The notes beneath the pieces were generated by a model, which made no database searches, was not told the DNA's origin, and worked only from the letters and a program-made list of their open reading frames with translations. A stretch of DNA of 17,516 nt from assembly GCA_050246815.1 (NCBI GenBank), contig JBFWVI010000054.1, positions 1 to 17,516 of the forward strand, given 5' to 3'. The position numbers were made by a program, and so were the translations under genes. The stretch comes from Bdellovibrionales bacterium (GTDB taxonomy: Bacteria; Bdellovibrionota; Bdellovibrionia; Bdellovibrionales; UBA1609). Position 1 is the first letter of the stretch. Every line of letters starts with the position of its first letter. Below are positions 1 through 10,479 of the stretch, one piece after another.

Positions 1-179
1 GACGTGAAGTAAAAGTACCCCACAACAAAGCTATGCCAGCCACGAGCCGGGTTTTTTACAATGGTGCCGACCAAAATCAACAAACCCACGGCAATCAGAG
101 CCGCACAAACGGTCTTCAAACGAGGGCTTAAACTTAAGCTGCCGGGGGCTTGAGGTTGTCCATGAGATTGAATCGCCAC
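1..179 (-). CDS. actF: Alternative complex III subunit ActF, 5' part only (runs off the left edge)
   Basis: Not in the ORF track. Manual translation from GTG at 179, with AAGGAG 8 nt upstream, gives MAIQSHGQPQAPGSLSLSPRLKTVCAALIAVGLLILVGTIVKNPARGWHSFVVGYFYFT..., an open frame with hydrophobic helices. It lies directly after actE, the usual actF position. Confidence 0.75.
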   Translation of the reverse strand, partial: MAIQSHGQPQAPGSLSLSPRLKTVCAALIAVGLLILVGTIVKNPARGWHSFVVGYFYFT

Positions 180-191
180 GGGCCTGTCTCC

Positions 192-755
192 TTATTTCGA
201 GTTCGCTTGACGCTGAAGAGTGCGCACATAATTCACCACCGCCCAGCGCGCTTTTTCGTCGGTGATTTGCGTGTCGTAATAACCCATTAAACCTTGGCCA
301 TCGGTGATGACGTGAAATATCCGGCCGTCTTTGTAACTTCTGGAGTTGGCACCCGCTTCTACCAAGTTCTTCGGTTTGACCAACATCTTCGGAGCAACAG
401 TGCCATCGCCTTGCCCCGTGGGACCATGGCAGACCGCGCAGTAAACGTCATACTTGGCCTTACCCAGTTCGATCACCTGAGGCGAAAAATCGTTCGCCAA
501 AGGATTCACCAGCTTGGCATCTGCATCCAAAGGCTTGCCACGATACTTATAAGGGGTAAAACCACGCGGAACGGTATTGGCCGGCGGAACCATATTGGCA
601 CGCATCCCGGGACGATCCGCATCCCAGTCTTGAGCCTTCACGTTGATTTGATCCATCATGTCTTGCATCAATTCGATGTTGGTCTGCCCTTTGCCGCCGT
701 TGCAAGCGGCCAACGCAAAAGTGGACACCAAAATTAAACCTAATCGCATGCTCAT
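192..755 (-). CDS. actE: Alternative complex III monoheme cytochrome c lipoprotein ActE
   Basis: Lipobox LAAC after a hydrophobic signal peptide, one CAVCH heme motif, DM..Q and PPANTVPRG motifs, operon position. The start could be 749. Confidence 0.88.
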   Translation of the reverse strand: MSMRLGLILVSTFALAACNGGKGQTNIELMQDMMDQINVKAQDWDADRPGMRANMVPPANTVPRGFTPYKYRGKPLDADAKLVNPLANDFSPQVIELGKAKYDVYCAVCHGPTGQGDGTVAPKMLVKPKNLVEAGANSRSYKDGRIFHVITDGQGLMGYYDTQITDEKARWAVVNYVRTLQRQANSK

Positions 756-1310
756 TTAAAACTCCGTTCGCTTCACTTCTGAAGCGCCAAGACTTTTGAA
801 CAACTGCTCGATTTTAGCCGCATCAAACCCGGGGGCCGTTTGTGGGATGAACAAAGCAAACTTGTGACTACTCAGATCCGGATCGATAATCGGAGGATCC
901 ACTTTAGGCAGGCCATTAAGCAAAATCATCGCCCCCACTGAAGACAAAGCACCGAATAAAATCGTACATTCGAACATGATTGGCACAAAAGCTGGAATCG
1001 ACCACATCGGTTTACCACCGACACGAACCGGCCAATCCACCGCAGAAGACCACCACGTGAACCACACGCCAAAAGTAAAGCCCGCCAAACCGAAGATGAA
1101 GGTTATCCAAGGAATAAACGAGCGCGGAATCCCCATGGCATCATCAATGCCATGCAATGGAAAGGGGCTAATTGCTTCAAACTTTTTAAAGCCCGCCGCT
1201 CGCGTTTTTGCAGCCGCCTCGACCAATTTATGTTCATCCAACCAAATGCCAGCCACTCCGGGCGTGCCCTTGGCTTTCACGCAATCAATCAGCGTATCAA
1301 TGAGAGCCAT
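756..1310 (-). CDS. actD: Alternative complex III membrane subunit ActD (DUF3341-like)
   Basis: SPFPLHGID and [19 protein letters not shown] motifs, two TM helices. Start moved from the track's 1334 to ATG 1310, which follows GAGGAGGAG and overlaps the actC end by 14 nt. Confidence 0.88.
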   Translation of the reverse strand: MALIDTLIDCVKAKGTPGVAGIWLDEHKLVEAAAKTRAAGFKKFEAISPFPLHGIDDAMGIPRSFIPWITFIFGLAGFTFGVWFTWWSSAVDWPVRVGGKPMWSIPAFVPIMFECTILFGALSSVGAMILLNGLPKVDPPIIDPDLSSHKFALFIPQTAPGFDAAKIEQLFKSLGASEVKRTEF

Positions 1311-2661
1311 GTTGCTCCTCCTCGCGACCGACATACAAAACGGGTTTCACTTCGGCGATTGAAATCGCCGGCAATGTGCGGATGTAACCCAAGAACAAGA
1401 ACAAGAACATACCAAAGCTACCAATCAGAGCTCCGTAATCCCACATGGTCGGATACCACATGCCCCAGTTAGCGGGTAAAAAGTCGCGGTGAAGCGATGT
1501 AACCGTAATCACGAACCGCTCGAACCACATGCCGATATTCACGAAAATCGAGATCACAAACATGGTCGGAATATGACGACGCACCTTTTTAATCCAGAAC
1601 AGCTGTGGAATGACCACGTTACAAGAGACCATGATCCAATAAGACCACCAGTAAGGGCCAAAAGCGCGATTCATAAAGACATAGCCTTCATAAACCGAGC
1701 CTGAGTACCAGGCGATGAAGAATTCCGAACCGTAGGCGTAGCCCACCATCAAACCGGTGGCCATGATGATTTTGTTCATGGCCTCCATATGATCCAAAGT
1801 GATGTAGTCCTTGAATTTAGGCACGAACAAACGCACCAACGTCATCAACGTGACCACCATACCAAACCCTGAGAAAATCGCACCTGCCACAAAGTACGGC
1901 GGGAAAATCGTGGTGTGCCAACCGGGCAAACTCGAAACCGCAAAGTCGAAGGATACGATCGAGTGCACCGACAGAACCAGCGGCGTCGAAAGACCGGCCA
2001 AAAGCATATAAACCATTTCATAATGGTTCCAGCTTTGGGCCGTGCCGCGCCAGCCTAGTGAAAGCGCACCGTAAATGCGTTTGCGCCAAATATTTTTAGC
2101 ACGATCGCGGATAGTGGCCAAATCAGGCACCATACCGATATACCAAAACACCATGGACACTGTGGCATAGGTCGAAACAGCAAAGACGTCCCACACGAGA
2201 GGTGAACGAAAGTTCACCCAAAGCGGGCCGCGTTGGTTGGGATAGGGCAACAGCCAGTAGGCCAACCAAGGACGCCCCGTGTGCAGGACTGGAAAAGTTC
2301 CTGCCACCATCACCGCAAAAACAGTCATAGCCTCAGCTGTACGTGCAATGGACGTCCGCCATTTTTGCCGGAACAGAAACAAAATTGCTGAAATCAGTGT
2401 TCCGGCGTGACCAATACCGATCCAAAACACGAAGGTGATAATGTCAGTTCCCCACATCACTGGGTGGCTGATCCCCATCATCCCCATACCAAAGGCCACG
2501 ATCACACCTTGCGAGAGAATATAAACCAAGAACAGCGTCTTGGCTCCAAGCAGGCCCGCGAAATACTGCCAGCCCGGGACGGTCTCAACCAGTTCGCAAA
2601 TATCGTTGGTGATATCGGCGTAGGTTTTCTTACCTAAAACTAATGGTGCTCGTTTCATCAT
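1297..2661 (-). CDS. actC: Alternative complex III quinol-binding NrfD/PsrC-family subunit ActC
   Basis: [73 protein letters not shown] and GMWFERF motifs. ATGA overlap with the actB stop. Confidence 0.93.
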   Translation of the reverse strand: MMKRAPLVLGKKTYADITNDICELVETVPGWQYFAGLLGAKTLFLVYILSQGVIVAFGMGMMGISHPVMWGTDIITFVFWIGIGHAGTLISAILFLFRQKWRTSIARTAEAMTVFAVMVAGTFPVLHTGRPWLAYWLLPYPNQRGPLWVNFRSPLVWDVFAVSTYATVSMVFWYIGMVPDLATIRDRAKNIWRKRIYGALSLGWRGTAQSWNHYEMVYMLLAGLSTPLVLSVHSIVSFDFAVSSLPGWHTTIFPPYFVAGAIFSGFGMVVTLMTLVRLFVPKFKDYITLDHMEAMNKIIMATGLMVGYAYGSEFFIAWYSGSVYEGYVFMNRAFGPYWWSYWIMVSCNVVIPQLFWIKKVRRHIPTMFVISIFVNIGMWFERFVITVTSLHRDFLPANWGMWYPTMWDYGALIGSFGMFLFLFLGYIRTLPAISIAEVKPVLYVGREEEQHGSH

Positions 2662-5600
2662 GAGTGATGCTCCCCGCCACTGTTCCCATCACTGTGGCCG
2701 TGACCGTGTCCACCACCACCTTTTAGCTCATCCGTATTGCGGATTTTGCTTAAGTATCGGACCGCCGGCTTGGTGTTCAATTCTTCAAGAAGTTCATATG
2801 CATTGGCTTGCTCAAAGGCTTTGCGAACGGCACTTTCGGTATCATTCAAATCGCCAAATACAATCGCATCGGCAGGACATGATTGTTGGCAGGCGGTCTT
2901 GACATCGCCATCTTTCAACTGTCGATCATGCAGTTTAGCCTGGCTCTTCACGCCACGAATGCGATGAATACAGAAGGTGCATTTTTCCATCACGCCCCGA
3001 GCTCGTACCGTAACGTCCGGGTTCATGGCGTAGTTCAAAGGCTTTGGCACGTCTTTGACAAAGTTGAACCAGTTAAAACGACGGACTTTATATGGGCAGT
3101 TGTTCGAGCAGTACCGGGTCCCTACACAACGATTGTAAATCATGTCGTTGGTGCCTTCGTCGCTGTGAATCGTTGCCATCACGGGGCAAACCGTTTCGCA
3201 AGGCGCGTTGTCACAATGCATGCAAACAATCGGTTGATGAACAACCCCAGGATCTTCTGGAGTGCCAACATAATAACGGTCAATACGTATCCAGTGCATT
3301 TCGCGACCTTTAAGGATCAGCTTTTTGCCCACGGTCGGGATATTGTTCTCGGATTGACATGCAATCACACAAGAGCCGCAACCCGTGCATGAATTCAGAT
3401 CGACCACCATGCCCCACTTTTGATTGGGGTACTTGTGCTCTTCCCACATCGTCATCATTTTGTGGCGATGAATGTTCGCATTGGGATCTTTGCTGAATTG
3501 GGCCAAAGTGGCCTCAACAACGATTTGGCGACCCTCCATCGAGTGATGATCTTGCACGCAAGCCAGTTCGCCGCGCTTGCCCGTCTTGGCGACGGTGGCG
3601 ACCAGACCCGAATTCACCGCACGACCATCTTTCCACTGGCGTAAAGAGTAGGCATTGCGACCCACATTATTGGCGACCCGTCCTGCACGAGTACGGCCAT
3701 AACCCACTGCCAAACCCAAAACACCATCGGCCTGCCCAGGCTGGATGTGGACAGGCACTTCGAGTTCTTTTTTTGCCACTTTCAATTTCACCAGATCGGC
3801 TTCACGCCATTTTTCTTTTTCGGCATCGTGCGGAGACACCGTCAGGTAATTATCCCAGCAAATTTTAGTCACCGGGTCCGGAAACTCTTGCAACCAGGCC
3901 ACGTTCGCCAAGGCCCCGTCCCCAAGGCCCACTGTTGCATAAAGCGAAAGGGCATAGCCTTCGGACTCTTTGGGCGCGGTAATTTTGCTTAAAGCCGAGG
4001 TGTTGAATGCCCTAGCCGAGCTTGCGCTTTTGCGGTCACTGACGGTTTCAAATGCACCGCTATGCAAAACATCAAGCCAGAAAGCATCAAAGTCCTGGCC
4101 GGCCATTTTTGTCCCGCGATTGGCACCATAAATCTGACTGCGCCAATTTTCGCGCAAATAGTCATACCAAGTGTTGGCGGACTTCACTTTTGCGGAGACT
4201 CCACTTGAAGCCTTGGTCCAAAGCAAAAGTGCATCTTGAAAGGCCCGGGTTTTGTAAAGCGGTTCAATGGTTGGCTGCTGCACAGTGAAAACACCGGGCA
4301 TGGCCTCCATGTCGTCCCAATTTTCCAAAGAGTGATGATCAGGCGCCATGTAATCGGCGTAAACACCGGTTTCGTCAATTCGATCGCCGGTGTAAATCAC
4401 CATTTCAGCTTTTTTCACCGCCTCTGAAAAGCCGGAGCCTTCGGCTGCGTAACCTGGATTACAACCATGAATAATTAAAGTCTTCACTTTGCCGGCTGTC
4501 AGGTCTGCAATCAAATTGGCCAGATTTTCACTGCGCCCTTGCAATCCGTTCCATGCCGAGCGGCCGTGTTCAATGGTGGCCCCATCGTTGTCCAAAACAG
4601 AGTTCAAGAAATTCACAGCAATCTGAGTCGCCAATGAGGTTTCGCCCTGTGCAAAACCACTAGCCATCACCACGCTTTTGCCGCGTTTTTCTGCCAACTC
4701 GTCAGCCACACGGGCCAAAGTCCCCGATTTCAATCCCAATTTACTTTCAGCATCCGCAAACGACTGCAACGCACGAGTGACAGCACTGTCACCCGCATAG
4801 CGAGAAAGCTTCTTCACAACCAAAAGGTGGTGCAAAAGACCCATCGCCACAGTCAATTCACCGTTGGCTCCGATGCGATAGCGCTCATCTGCATTGGAAC
4901 CGGTTAAAGACAAAAGACTTTCGAAGACCACCAGTTTGTTCATCTCTTTGCCAGGCTTACGACTTACCGCAAATGCCTTGGTGTTGGCGGTGCGGGAAGG
5001 ATCAGCACCCAAGAAGTCACGTCCCAATGACACAGTCATCTGGCAGCGATCTAACCGCAATTTCGGCAATACGGCGCGACCGTAACTGAGTTGCTGACCT
5101 TCCAGCAGGTCGTCATAAGTCATTCCATCCCAGCTGTAGTTTTTGACATTATAGGCAGCCGAAAACTCGCGCACCAAAGCCATGGTTGAAGGCGAATTTG
5201 AGCTACCCATCAATAAGGCCACATTGCCTTTCTTAAGTTGCTCAACCACCGCTTTGTCCATGTCTTCGTATTTCACACTGACGGTTTCGCGATTGGTCTT
5301 TTTTTCGTTCTGCAAATTGCGACGTGGCCCCGACAAGCGTTCGGGGTCATAAAGTGACAGAATGTAGGCATGCGAACGCGCCGACATACCACCTTGGTTG
5401 GCCGGGTGATCCGGGTTGCCTTCAATTTTGATCGGTCGGCCATCACGCGATGTAACGATCACGCCAAAGGATTCGCCTTGATCCACAAAGCTTGACGAAT
5501 AGTAATTTGAAAGGCCGTGGATGATTTCGCTGGGTTTTTTAGCATACGGCACGATCTTTTGAGCCGGACGGCGCATACAACCAAACGAGGTCAATGCTAG

Positions 5601-5789
5601 GCTGGCACCCATCAACTTCAGGAACTCACGCCGCGCCCAACCGTCTTTACCCTCTTCTTCTTGCAAGGGGCTTGAACGGAATTCTTTTTCGGCGAATTCA
5701 AGGAATTCCGGGTCTTGTCGCCATTGTTCCAGACTCAACCAATATTTTGATGGAGCCTTTTCACCCTGTGATTCTTGGGTTTTTTCCAT
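2658..5789 (-). CDS. actB: Alternative complex III subunit ActB (molybdopterin-oxidoreductase-like domain fused to an Fe-S domain)
   Basis: Extended TAT leader (YWLSLE...[20 protein letters not shown]), [14 protein letters not shown], and C-terminal Fe-S motifs [41 protein letters not shown]...CQQSCP. Confidence 0.93.
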   Translation of the reverse strand: MEKTQESQGEKAPSKYWLSLEQWRQDPEFLEFAEKEFRSSPLQEEEGKDGWARREFLKLMGASLALTSFGCMRRPAQKIVPYAKKPSEIIHGLSNYYSSSFVDQGESFGVIVTSRDGRPIKIEGNPDHPANQGGMSARSHAYILSLYDPERLSGPRRNLQNEKKTNRETVSVKYEDMDKAVVEQLKKGNVALLMGSSNSPSTMALVREFSAAYNVKNYSWDGMTYDDLLEGQQLSYGRAVLPKLRLDRCQMTVSLGRDFLGADPSRTANTKAFAVSRKPGKEMNKLVVFESLLSLTGSNADERYRIGANGELTVAMGLLHHLLVVKKLSRYAGDSAVTRALQSFADAESKLGLKSGTLARVADELAEKRGKSVVMASGFAQGETSLATQIAVNFLNSVLDNDGATIEHGRSAWNGLQGRSENLANLIADLTAGKVKTLIIHGCNPGYAAEGSGFSEAVKKAEMVIYTGDRIDETGVYADYMAPDHHSLENWDDMEAMPGVFTVQQPTIEPLYKTRAFQDALLLWTKASSGVSAKVKSANTWYDYLRENWRSQIYGANRGTKMAGQDFDAFWLDVLHSGAFETVSDRKSASSARAFNTSALSKITAPKESEGYALSLYATVGLGDGALANVAWLQEFPDPVTKICWDNYLTVSPHDAEKEKWREADLVKLKVAKKELEVPVHIQPGQADGVLGLAVGYGRTRAGRVANNVGRNAYSLRQWKDGRAVNSGLVATVAKTGKRGELACVQDHHSMEGRQIVVEATLAQFSKDPNANIHRHKMMTMWEEHKYPNQKWGMVVDLNSCTGCGSCVIACQSENNIPTVGKKLILKGREMHWIRIDRYYVGTPEDPGVVHQPIVCMHCDNAPCETVCPVMATIHSDEGTNDMIYNRCVGTRYCSNNCPYKVRRFNWFNFVKDVPKPLNYAMNPDVTVRARGVMEKCTFCIHRIRGVKSQAKLHDRQLKDGDVKTACQQSCPADAIVFGDLNDTESAVRKAFEQANAYELLEELNTKPAVRYLSKIRNTDELKGGGGHGHGHSDGNSGGEHHS

Positions 5790-5806
5790 GATGCTTACAA
5801 CCTCGT

Positions 5807-6349
5807 TTAATAATGGCAGGTGCTGCAGTTAAGAGGAGCGTTGTTCTCTGGCAGTCGGTGGCAATTCACGCAAAAGCCCATCGAAAGACTGGCGTCTTGT
5901 GAAATGACTGGCATGGTTTCAACCGCGCCATGGCACTGCTGACAAGTTTTGCCGGCCTTAATATGCGACGAGTGATTGAACTTCACGTGATCGGGCAACA
6001 GATTTACCTTTTCCCACGCGATGGATTCGCCCTTACTGTAAGCTTCCTTGATTTTGTCGATCCAAGGTTGCGCCTCGGGGCGGACTTGCACACCCAAGTG
6101 ACAGTTCATACAAACGTTCAAAGACGGCACACCCGCGTGACGAGAAACCTCGACCTGCGAATGGCAGAATTTGCAATCGATCTTGTATTGACCCGCGTGC
6201 AAATCGTGCGGAAACGGAATTGGTTGTTCCGGGGCATAACCCTGGTTGTAACCAATTACTATTTTGTTGTTATTGATCATATACACGAACGTCGAAAGCC
6301 CGACTCCGATTAAAAGAAGAACGGCGAGTCCGACAACTTTTTTACCCAT
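5807..6349 (-). CDS. actA: Alternative complex III pentaheme cytochrome c ActA
   Basis: N-terminal TM helix, PEQPIPFPH motif and five CxxCH motifs (CKFCH, CMNCH, CQQCH, CVNCH, CSTCH). First gene of the operon. Confidence 0.92.
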   Translation of the reverse strand: MGKKVVGLAVLLLIGVGLSTFVYMINNNKIVIGYNQGYAPEQPIPFPHDLHAGQYKIDCKFCHSQVEVSRHAGVPSLNVCMNCHLGVQVRPEAQPWIDKIKEAYSKGESIAWEKVNLLPDHVKFNHSSHIKAGKTCQQCHGAVETMPVISQDASLSMGFCVNCHRLPENNAPLNCSTCHY

Positions 6350-6406
6350 AGGCCGACCTACACGGTTGATGTCACTAAGCAGTGATTCTTATTTCGCTTT
6401 CAAGAA

Positions 6407-6440
6407 CCTTACCTATAAGTTCAAGCTACGACAAAGACAA
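6407..6440 (-). promoter_or_regulatory. Candidate sigma70-type promoter for the act operon
   Basis: The minus strand has two overlapping imperfect options: TTGTCG-N17-TAAGGT and TTGTCT-N17-TATAGG. Confidence 0.35.
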
Positions 6441-6463
6441 TTTGAGAATTGAGTGGTAAGGGG

Positions 6464-6496
6464 AAAAAAGAACGGCCGCCCACAAAGGTTGACCGT
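6464..6496 (-). terminator. Probable intrinsic terminator after ccsA
   Basis: Minus strand ACGGTC...GGCCGT stem followed by TCTTTTTT. A second small hairpin (CACCAC/GTGGTG, 6505-6524) sits directly after the ccsA stop. Confidence 0.45.
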
Positions 6497-6526
6497 GGAC
6501 TTCTCACCACACTTTGAAGTGGTGCG

Positions 6527-8167
6527 TCAGACGACTTTGGAACCCTTCAAACGACTGCGACGAACCGTTGCCGCAAAGACGACATATATTAGATGAAGCG
6601 CAACAAAGCCACTCACCCACTCGACCCCACCCGCGCCAAAGCCATACGAGTGCAAACCTGCGCCCAGAACGAAGTTCACCCCATACCAAGCCATGATCAC
6701 CAGCGAAAAAGAAACCACTGCGCCAGCCGCCATCCCAAAGTTCTTCACTAAGCCGGCCAATCTTCCATGCAACAAAGCCAAATAACCCATCAACGCAATA
6801 AAGGCCCAAGTTTCCTTGGGGTCCCAACCCCAGAAGCGGCCCCAAGAATAGGCGGCCCAAACTCCACCCAAAATTGTGCCTGCGGCTAACAACACCACGC
6901 CAATTTGAATGGACCTGTATATTGCATTGACCGTGGAGGCGATCTCTTTGGCGTATTTGCTTTCATCGCGCAGATACATGAACAAAACCCAATCACCCAA
7001 CGCAAAGGCCAGAAAAAAGGCCGCGTAGCTGATCGAAATAATCAAAACATGGGTACTGAGCCAAAAGGTGGAGCGCAGGACCGGCTCAAGCGGTTGAATA
7101 CTGTCATCCAAAACTGTGGGCGCGAGATCCGTTAAAATCAAACACATAATGGCCACCACACAGGCCGCTAAGGGCAGAAAGACCTTGCGCTGGAAGCGGT
7201 ACAAGACGGCCGCAAACAATAAGACCCCCCATGGTACCCACACCACGGTTTCGTACATATTGGTCACAGGTGGACGGCCCGACAGATAGGAACGAAGGGC
7301 CATGCCGTACGTATGCAGCACCATACCGAGGCTTAAAAAAATCCAGCCCATTCGGGTCCAGCGGGTCTTATCACTGACCAAAAAGGCCACAAAACCGATC
7401 GCCGCGAGCAGATAGAAAATCCAAGCCCATTTAAAAGGGTGAAAGCGGTTATAATGAACTTCGGTTTTGATCGCCATGTCACTGGCATATTGATCCGGGA
7501 CGATCGTGCGTGCGGCTGCCACAAAATCTTGCACAGCATCCTCAAGGGCTTTACCAGCCTCAGCCTCGCCTTCAGATTGGCCGTTGATGGTCTGAACAAA
7601 TTGCGTCAACATTTGTCCAAATTTTTGCTTGAGCTCATCCGGCAGCTCGTTGGCCGCAAGCCATGTGTCACTACTGGTTTGCGGCACCAACCTCACCGCG
7701 ATCCCAGCCTTGATCGCCTGAAAAAGTGAAAGCTGATTTTCCAAACGCTGCACGGCCTGAAAATAGGGATTGAGCTTTTCTCCACGCTCGCGCGCAGAGC
7801 GAAGCTCCTGAATCACCACGGGCAGCCGTTCATGCCCTAAAATTTCAGCTGGCGTGTATAAAATCCGCTTCGGATCCAGATTCAAAGCTTGACGTAATCC
7901 ACTTTGGCGCAACTCAAGCAGCTCAATCTGTTCCCACGAATCCGGGATCACCATCCAAGTTGTCACCACCTCCAAGGCGTCTTTGCCTTTGAATTTGGTT
8001 TTACCGTGGATCAGCTCTAAAGACTCACGAGCAAAGGTGTCGTAAGGTTTGATGCGACCGCCATCTTGAACAGGCAAATAGCGCAGACTGTCTGTGCCGC
8101 CCGCCCAAGCCGCCGCGTTCACGAACAGCGATCCCAGGCACAAAAGCCAAAGAGTCAGACGTTTCAT
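6527..8167 (-). CDS. ccsA: Cytochrome c biogenesis protein CcsA/ResC (System II) with an N-terminal extracytoplasmic domain
   Basis: WWD motif WAAYSWGRFWGWDPKETW, PPVTNMYE, PVLRSTFWLSTHV and GLHSYG motifs, multiple TM helices. TAATG overlap with the upstream gene. Confidence 0.92.
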   Translation of the reverse strand: MKRLTLWLLCLGSLFVNAAAWAGGTDSLRYLPVQDGGRIKPYDTFARESLELIHGKTKFKGKDALEVVTTWMVIPDSWEQIELLELRQSGLRQALNLDPKRILYTPAEILGHERLPVVIQELRSARERGEKLNPYFQAVQRLENQLSLFQAIKAGIAVRLVPQTSSDTWLAANELPDELKQKFGQMLTQFVQTINGQSEGEAEAGKALEDAVQDFVAAARTIVPDQYASDMAIKTEVHYNRFHPFKWAWIFYLLAAIGFVAFLVSDKTRWTRMGWIFLSLGMVLHTYGMALRSYLSGRPPVTNMYETVVWVPWGVLLFAAVLYRFQRKVFLPLAACVVAIMCLILTDLAPTVLDDSIQPLEPVLRSTFWLSTHVLIISISYAAFFLAFALGDWVLFMYLRDESKYAKEIASTVNAIYRSIQIGVVLLAAGTILGGVWAAYSWGRFWGWDPKETWAFIALMGYLALLHGRLAGLVKNFGMAAGAVVSFSLVIMAWYGVNFVLGAGLHSYGFGAGGVEWVSGFVALHLIYVVFAATVRRSRLKGSKVV

Positions 8168-9540
8168 TAGGCCTCCCCAGAGCGGCGTTGAGCGAAGTTG
8201 CGTTTAAAATAAAAGAGCAAGATTGCCCCCAGTACGATCAAAAAAGAACCCAAATATTTAAGAACCAACCCGGGATCGCGATTCACGGATAAAACCGAGA
8301 CAATGGGTTTGCCAGTCTCAGGATCCTGCTCAAAGCTAGCCTGATAAAATGTAAAATCACGGTAATGCAGAGGCTCGTTCATCGAAATGGTCACGGTGCC
8401 GATCTGATCACCTTTGACCTCACTTTGATAACTGGAAGCACGCATGGTTCCTTGATAGCGCCCCATATCAAAACGCGTCAGCTGAAGCGGAAACCCCACG
8501 TCGATGCGCTGGTTGGCAAAGCTGACCCAGATCATGCCGTCATCCTTGAAAAGCTTCAGCACGGAATTTAATCCCACCCAATGTTCCTCGCCGCGATATC
8601 GAACTTTGACAGCTGGCCGTGCCATCGTGGCTGGACGGTCGCGCCTTTCATAAGTCACAAGCTCACGCGCTCGCGGGAAAATCCTGAGCGCCGTCATCTG
8701 CAATCCCATCCAACCTGTGTTGATTTTGTCACCCTCGGTAAGCTGGCCTTGGCTGGTTCGACCACCCTTGCTGGCCGTGTAGACTTCATATTTCCAAACG
8801 GACTTTCCTGGTTTGAGCAACAAAACATTGCCACCCTCATATTTAAACCCTGAACTTGCGATGACCACCTTGGCTGGCCCCAGTCGCACTTCGCTTTGGT
8901 CCTTGCCTGGCTCACGCAAAATCCATTGGGTCATATTGACGTTGGGGTTTTGCAACTGCAGTCGGATCGCCGGGCCATCGGACTCTTTGTCACTTTCGAC
9001 CACCTCCGCCTTGCGTAAACCGTAGTGCATATAGTCCACCACTTCCAGCGGCTGATCCCCGATCATTTCTTTGAAAGGCTTTTTGGCTGGAGGATTCAGA
9101 AAAAAGTCGACCGGGCGACGAAACAACTGAGTCATCAGATTGCCGTCCATGCTGCTGTAAACCGCGAACTCGGTTTCAGGTACGATCACATGACGATTGC
9201 TATCACCGATATTAAAACTCATTGATCCATCGACACCAAAGCGTTGGGTGATCACCGATCCCACCAACAGCATCAAAATACCCACATGAGCCAAAACAAA
9301 GGGGGTGTGATGTTGCTTCCAAGGCCAACGATCGATCATCACGGCAATTAAGTTAATCGCCAGCGCGCCCATCACAATATACATATAGATGGACTTATAG
9401 ACGAGTTTTTGCGCCACCTCGGCATCATAGCGGGCCTCGTAAAAAGTCCCCACCGCTGACAACAAACCGATGGCCACAATAATCAAAACTGCCAAACGCA
9501 GCGAAGCCAAAAAATCAAAAATTCGTTCCGCCAGTTTCAA
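8167..9540 (-). CDS. resB: Cytochrome c biogenesis protein ResB/CcsB(Ccs1)-like
   Basis: FLASLRLAV N-terminus, three TM helices with a conserved His (LAHVGILMLLVG), large periplasmic domain, ISMNEPL.Y..FTFYQASF and SVLSVNRDPG motifs. TTG 9540 follows GGGAG by 5 nt; the track uses TTG 9552. Confidence 0.85.
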   Translation of the reverse strand: MKLAERIFDFLASLRLAVLIIVAIGLLSAVGTFYEARYDAEVAQKLVYKSIYMYIVMGALAINLIAVMIDRWPWKQHHTPFVLAHVGILMLLVGSVITQRFGVDGSMSFNIGDSNRHVIVPETEFAVYSSMDGNLMTQLFRRPVDFFLNPPAKKPFKEMIGDQPLEVVDYMHYGLRKAEVVESDKESDGPAIRLQLQNPNVNMTQWILREPGKDQSEVRLGPAKVVIASSGFKYEGGNVLLLKPGKSVWKYEVYTASKGGRTSQGQLTEGDKINTGWMGLQMTALRIFPRARELVTYERRDRPATMARPAVKVRYRGEEHWVGLNSVLKLFKDDGMIWVSFANQRIDVGFPLQLTRFDMGRYQGTMRASSYQSEVKGDQIGTVTISMNEPLHYRDFTFYQASFEQDPETGKPIVSVLSVNRDPGLVLKYLGSFLIVLGAILLFYFKRNFAQRRSGEA

Positions 9541-9566
9541 AACTGCTCCCAATCAACATTTGATCA

Positions 9567-9595
9567 AAGCTAACAGGTCGTCACCATAGGGTCAA
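9567..9595 (-). promoter_or_regulatory. Sigma70-type promoter of resB-ccsA
   Basis: Minus strand TTGACC-N17-TAGCTT with an extended -10 TG (TGtTAGCTT), inside the short intergenic gap. Confidence 0.6.
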
Positions 9596-9608
9596 ATTTG
9601 CTGGCGGG

Positions 9609-10397
9609 CTATTTTAGATGATGATGAATGTGGGCCAGTGCGGCGCCCAGACGCTCTTTAAGCCCCTCAATGTCGGGCTTAAGCTGTTTGCTGTCTTCGT
9701 CCATGTAAAGATCGCGCCTGAGCTCAACCTGAATGGCATGTTGACCCTGATGAGGCTGTCCATATTGCTGCGTCACACGACCACCTATGTAGGGCCAATT
9801 GTAAGCCACTTGAAAATCCGCATTTTTGTATGCGGCCGTGACCAGATCCTTGAATTCGGCGGAGCAGCTTTTGCCGTTAAAATCTGAGATCACGATTTCG
9901 GCACGAATTTGACCAGGGTCGCGGTGAGCCGAAGTCCCACGACTGGGCATGCTATGCAGATCCATATGGTAAACAGTTGCGTAACCTTGCTTCCTTAAGT
10001 TCGCGTACTGACTCTCAACTTGCGAATGGAATGGGCTGAAGTAGCGCTCCACCAACTGGTTATGCATTTGCATGCTCATGGGTTTGCTGATCAGGGGCAA
10101 ACCCGTTGTGGTTTTAACCCAATGCAAGCCTGAGGTGAAGGTCCCTGGTGGATTACGACTTCCTTCCACGGCATCGGCGTCGATGTCTTCGGGCAGTCGA
10201 TTTAAATCCACCACATAACGATGCCAGTCGGTGACCACATGGGGTATTCCCAACCGCTGCAAAGTCCCCAAATAAAGACGGTCCACAAAGCGGTCCACAT
10301 CACACATCACATGCGTCTCGCTTAGGCCTTTTAGCCAGGTCACCTCAACGGGAATTTTTTCTCCGGAATGCGGAATCGTCACAAGTAAGGGCTTCAT
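9609..10397 (-). CDS. N-formylglutamate amidohydrolase (FGase/HutG-type) family protein
   Basis: IPHSG, DVDRFVDRLY, RYVVDLNR, DLHSM, NWPYIGG and HAIQVE motifs. No other hut genes are in the window, so the substrate is not certain. Confidence 0.85.
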   Translation of the reverse strand: MKPLLVTIPHSGEKIPVEVTWLKGLSETHVMCDVDRFVDRLYLGTLQRLGIPHVVTDWHRYVVDLNRLPEDIDADAVEGSRNPPGTFTSGLHWVKTTTGLPLISKPMSMQMHNQLVERYFSPFHSQVESQYANLRKQGYATVYHMDLHSMPSRGTSAHRDPGQIRAEIVISDFNGKSCSAEFKDLVTAAYKNADFQVAYNWPYIGGRVTQQYGQPHQGQHAIQVELRRDLYMDEDSKQLKPDIEGLKERLGAALAHIHHHLK

Positions 10398-10479
10398 TCC
10401 AATTGGGGTAGCGGTTCAAGCCCCTTGTTGTCCAGCTATTTATTGTCGTCGACCACGGAACCATGTCATGATGAAGTCA

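Noticed and set aside
1311..1334. Track start for ActD at 1334
   Set aside because: ATG 1310 has a strong SD and gives a shorter overlap with actC.
1391..1408. Tandem AAGAAC x3
   Set aside because: It encodes the MFLFLFL TM segment of ActC; coding low complexity.
2658..5789. Calling ActB an active molybdoenzyme
   Set aside because: In the ACIII context this domain is known to lack the molybdenum cofactor, and the operon structure identifies it as ActB.
294..9225. Many short ORFs in the track overlapping the act, ccsA and resB genes (e.g. 294-737, 976-1362, 2883-3392, 5930-6313, 6504-6860)
   Set aside because: Antisense or alternate-frame shadows of well-supported genes with no recognisable motifs.
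9515..9559. Out-of-frame ATG at 9559 giving a 14-codon ORF overlapping the resB start
   Set aside because: Too short to support. The in-frame TTG 9540 has an SD.
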